Assembly (NCBI GenBank): GCA_013265495.1
Contig: MU061579.1
Location: 7,106,124 to 7,170,123 of the forward strand
DNA: 64,000 nt
Direction: 5' to 3'
DNA from: Vicugna vicugna
Lineage: Eukaryota
Under the pieces are notes generated by a model. The model was not told the origin of the DNA, searched no databases, and saw nothing but the letters and a program-made list of their open reading frames with translations. This document shows, piece after piece, positions 61,395-64,000 of the stretch; position 1 is the first letter of the stretch; every line of letters begins with the position of its first letter. The position numbers and the translations under genes were made by a program.

Positions 61395-62088
61395 CACTTC
61401 ATGACAGCCACCACTAGAATGGCTGTAATCAGAAAGATGGCAGTATCAAGTGACGGAAGGGATATGGAGAACCTGGAACCCTCACACACTGCCGGGGGCG
61501 GGGTGTAAAGTGGTGCATCCACTGTGTGAAACAGTGTGGCGGTTTGTTAAAAGGTTAAACCTAGAACCACTATATTACCCGGCAGTACAGTCCCAATATA
61601 TACTCAAAAAGAATGAAAACATGTGTCCACACAAAAAATTATCTGAGTGTTCATAACAGCATTATTCATGGTGGCCGGAAAGTGTCCCCGTAGACAAACA
61701 GAATATGGTGCATACCCACAGGACACTATTGTATGGCCAGAGAAAGGAAAGAAATACTGATATATGCTGCAGCGTGGATAAACCTGGAAAATATCACAGA
61801 AAGTGCAAGAAGCCAGACACAAAAGGCCACATATTGTGTGATTCTGTTTATATGAATGGTCCAGAATAGAGAAATACATAGACAGAAAGTATATTGGTGA
61901 TTGCCTGTCACTGAGTAGGATGGGGGATCGGGCGTTCTTGCCTAAAAGGTACACAGTTTCTTTTGAGGGTGATAAAACTGTTCTAAAATTGATTGTGTAC
62001 AACCCTATGAATATACTAAAAATCACTGAATTGTACACTTTATGTGGGTAAAAGTAAGGTATGTCAATTATATCTCAATAAAACTGTT
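61395..62088 (+). mobile_element. L1MB-like ORF2 end plus 3'UTR
   Basis: ccactagaatggct...ggaaccctcacacactgc...agccagacacaaaaggccacatattgtgtgattc...tatctcaataaaactgtt. Confidence 0.88.
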
Positions 62089-64000
62089 AGAAAGTAGTAA
62101 AATGGTGGACTTCTAATTAATGAACCTTTGAAGTTGTTACACAAGGTGTCAGTGGACATCTGTTAATTACCCCATCAGAGGTGTGTCCCCACATCCATGG
62201 CCTTTAGCTTTTGAGACTCTTCCTTGCTCACGGCAGCAGTTCTCCCATGTGTAAAAATGTGAAGCTTCAGCTCTGATCTTTGTTTGATAGCTTTATTGTG
62301 TTTTTCCTGATTGTAAAATTAACACATACACAGTGGGAAAAACTCAGAAAAGTATAAGTTCAAGGCATAAATTAAAGAACACAGGTAATCCTGTGCCTCT
62401 AAGAGCACTATACCTTCCTGACTCCTTTCCAGGTTGGAAAATCTGGTCTAGAATTTAGGTTTTAGAGAACCAAGTCTCATACCAAATACATAGGTAACCT
62501 TCATTTTGACAGACTTTCTCTGAAATGATCACGTGGACCTGAAGAGCTCATCTTTCTAAAAGCAGGTTTCTAGTCTAGTCTAGGTTAGATAGTGCTAAAA
62601 TGCAGTTAACACCTTGTATTAATTTAAAAACACACCCCCGCTTGCTTTGCCCTGCCATCAGTGGTCTCCCTCTCCCTGTCACACGTGTCCCAGATTGTAA
62701 TCTTATTCATTATGTGCCCAGTTGTGATTTCTCTAGACCTACACAGGGGCCTCTGGAAAGAAAAGGTTATGAGGGAAGTGCTGCCTGGATCTCTAGACCT
62801 GGGGCCCAGTGTGCTGGGAATCGCACCCTCCCCAGACCAGGTGTTCATATGAGGCTGACCTAATACATCAGATGAATATAGTAGCCTATTCTTTGTCAGG
62901 GAAAAAAATGCATTAATTATTTGGCTTAAGTCCACCAAATTAAGGTTGGCCCTGAAGGGAACAAATACTTCCCTGAGCTTTGGATTGTCCTGGTAAAGAG
63001 CTAAAATAATAGTAAATATTGCTTAGATAGGGAATCAGACCTCTTACACTCATGTGTGCTCACAAGGGAAAGATGTTCTTATTTACAATTTGCCTTATAA
63101 AATTATTTTCCCAAATTGATCTTTTAGAACAAGGAAATTAATCGAGAACAGGATGTGCTGCTTTCCATTGGGAATCCATTTCTATGAAGAAACATAACTG
63201 GAAACAGTTAACTATTTATTTAATGCTCTTATGCTAACACTTAATGCTCACATTAACTCTTAATGCTCTCAGGGCTTTCTGCCTCCCCCTCAGTTAACAT
63301 TTATCAGTTATTTTTATTGCTGGTTATTCTTTCCCTTGAAAGTGTTTTGTTTTCTCAAATGGTTGTAAATTTTTTAAAAGCCTGTCCCATAAATGTCATT
63401 TTAATCTCCCACAGTCCCTTATTTAAGATCGAGCCCTAAATATTTCTTGATTAATTATTTGCCAGCAGGCATGTCTGGCCTTCCTGAAATATGGGCATTG
63501 TGATCTAATTATGTAGACATATCTTTCTGAAGGCACCGTCACAATTACACTGACTACACAGAAAAGAGCAGCTTTTTTTGGAGCAAAATCTGTTCATTAA
63601 ACAGGTTGCTTAAAAGTATGTGACTAGTCATTGTACTGGTCTCTCATGTCTTCTGTCAGTTTGAGAATTTTCAGAATCAAAAGTTGTGGGTTTTTTTAAG
63701 TTCAACACCCATGTTTATGTCTAGAACTTAGACCCAGTATCATATTTTTTCTATATTCAACATTTCAGATGGGCTGTGTATTTCAAAGGATGCTAAGCTA
63801 CAGCAAACAACTGCCTGTTTCTAAGGACCGAACGCCTTTCTCTTTGAACCCTGTTCATTGTCTTTCTTCCTAAGAATTTTTCATGTTGTGTTTCACAGGT
63901 GTCCTCCCCAAACCTTCATCAGTTAATTAACTGGGTATTTCAGAAAAGATGTTCTTCCAACTCAGGGTTCTCAGTGTAGGAGAGGGTGACTAGGGTCTTA

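Noticed and set aside
1..64000. CRISPR array, operon or prokaryotic-type novel system
   Set aside because: The sequence is mammalian with spliceosomal introns and LINE/SINE/LTR repeats. No repeat-spacer array or compact gene cluster was seen.

Overview
Mammalian genomic DNA, probably camelid: two tRNA-derived SINEs resemble Vic-1, and I recognised no Alu, Bov-tA or PRE SINEs. The window holds the 3' part of NWD2 (NACHT and WD repeat domain containing 2) on the + strand. Four coding exons (24252-24455, 26530-26674, 28177-28766, 32218-36150) join in one frame through GT-AG junctions. They encode a DUF4062-like motif, a NACHT NTPase and WD40 repeats, followed by a ~2.3 kb 3'UTR with a poly(A) signal at 38409. 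Positions 1-24251 are a repeat-rich upstream NWD2 intron. A CpG island at ~42.2-42.6 kb is the promoter and first exon of the next + strand gene, probably C4orf19/PGCKA1 by recalled synteny; the rest of the window is probably its first intron. Most other ORFs in the track are spurious. I found no convincing previously undescribed multi-gene system. The best leads are a strong-Kozak ATG/polyproline ORF in the CpG-island exon, an apparent L1 5'UTR-3'end fusion element, a solo ERV1-type LTR and a poly(A)-only retroinsertion. Repeat family names come from recalled consensus similarity and need RepeatMasker/Dfam confirmation.
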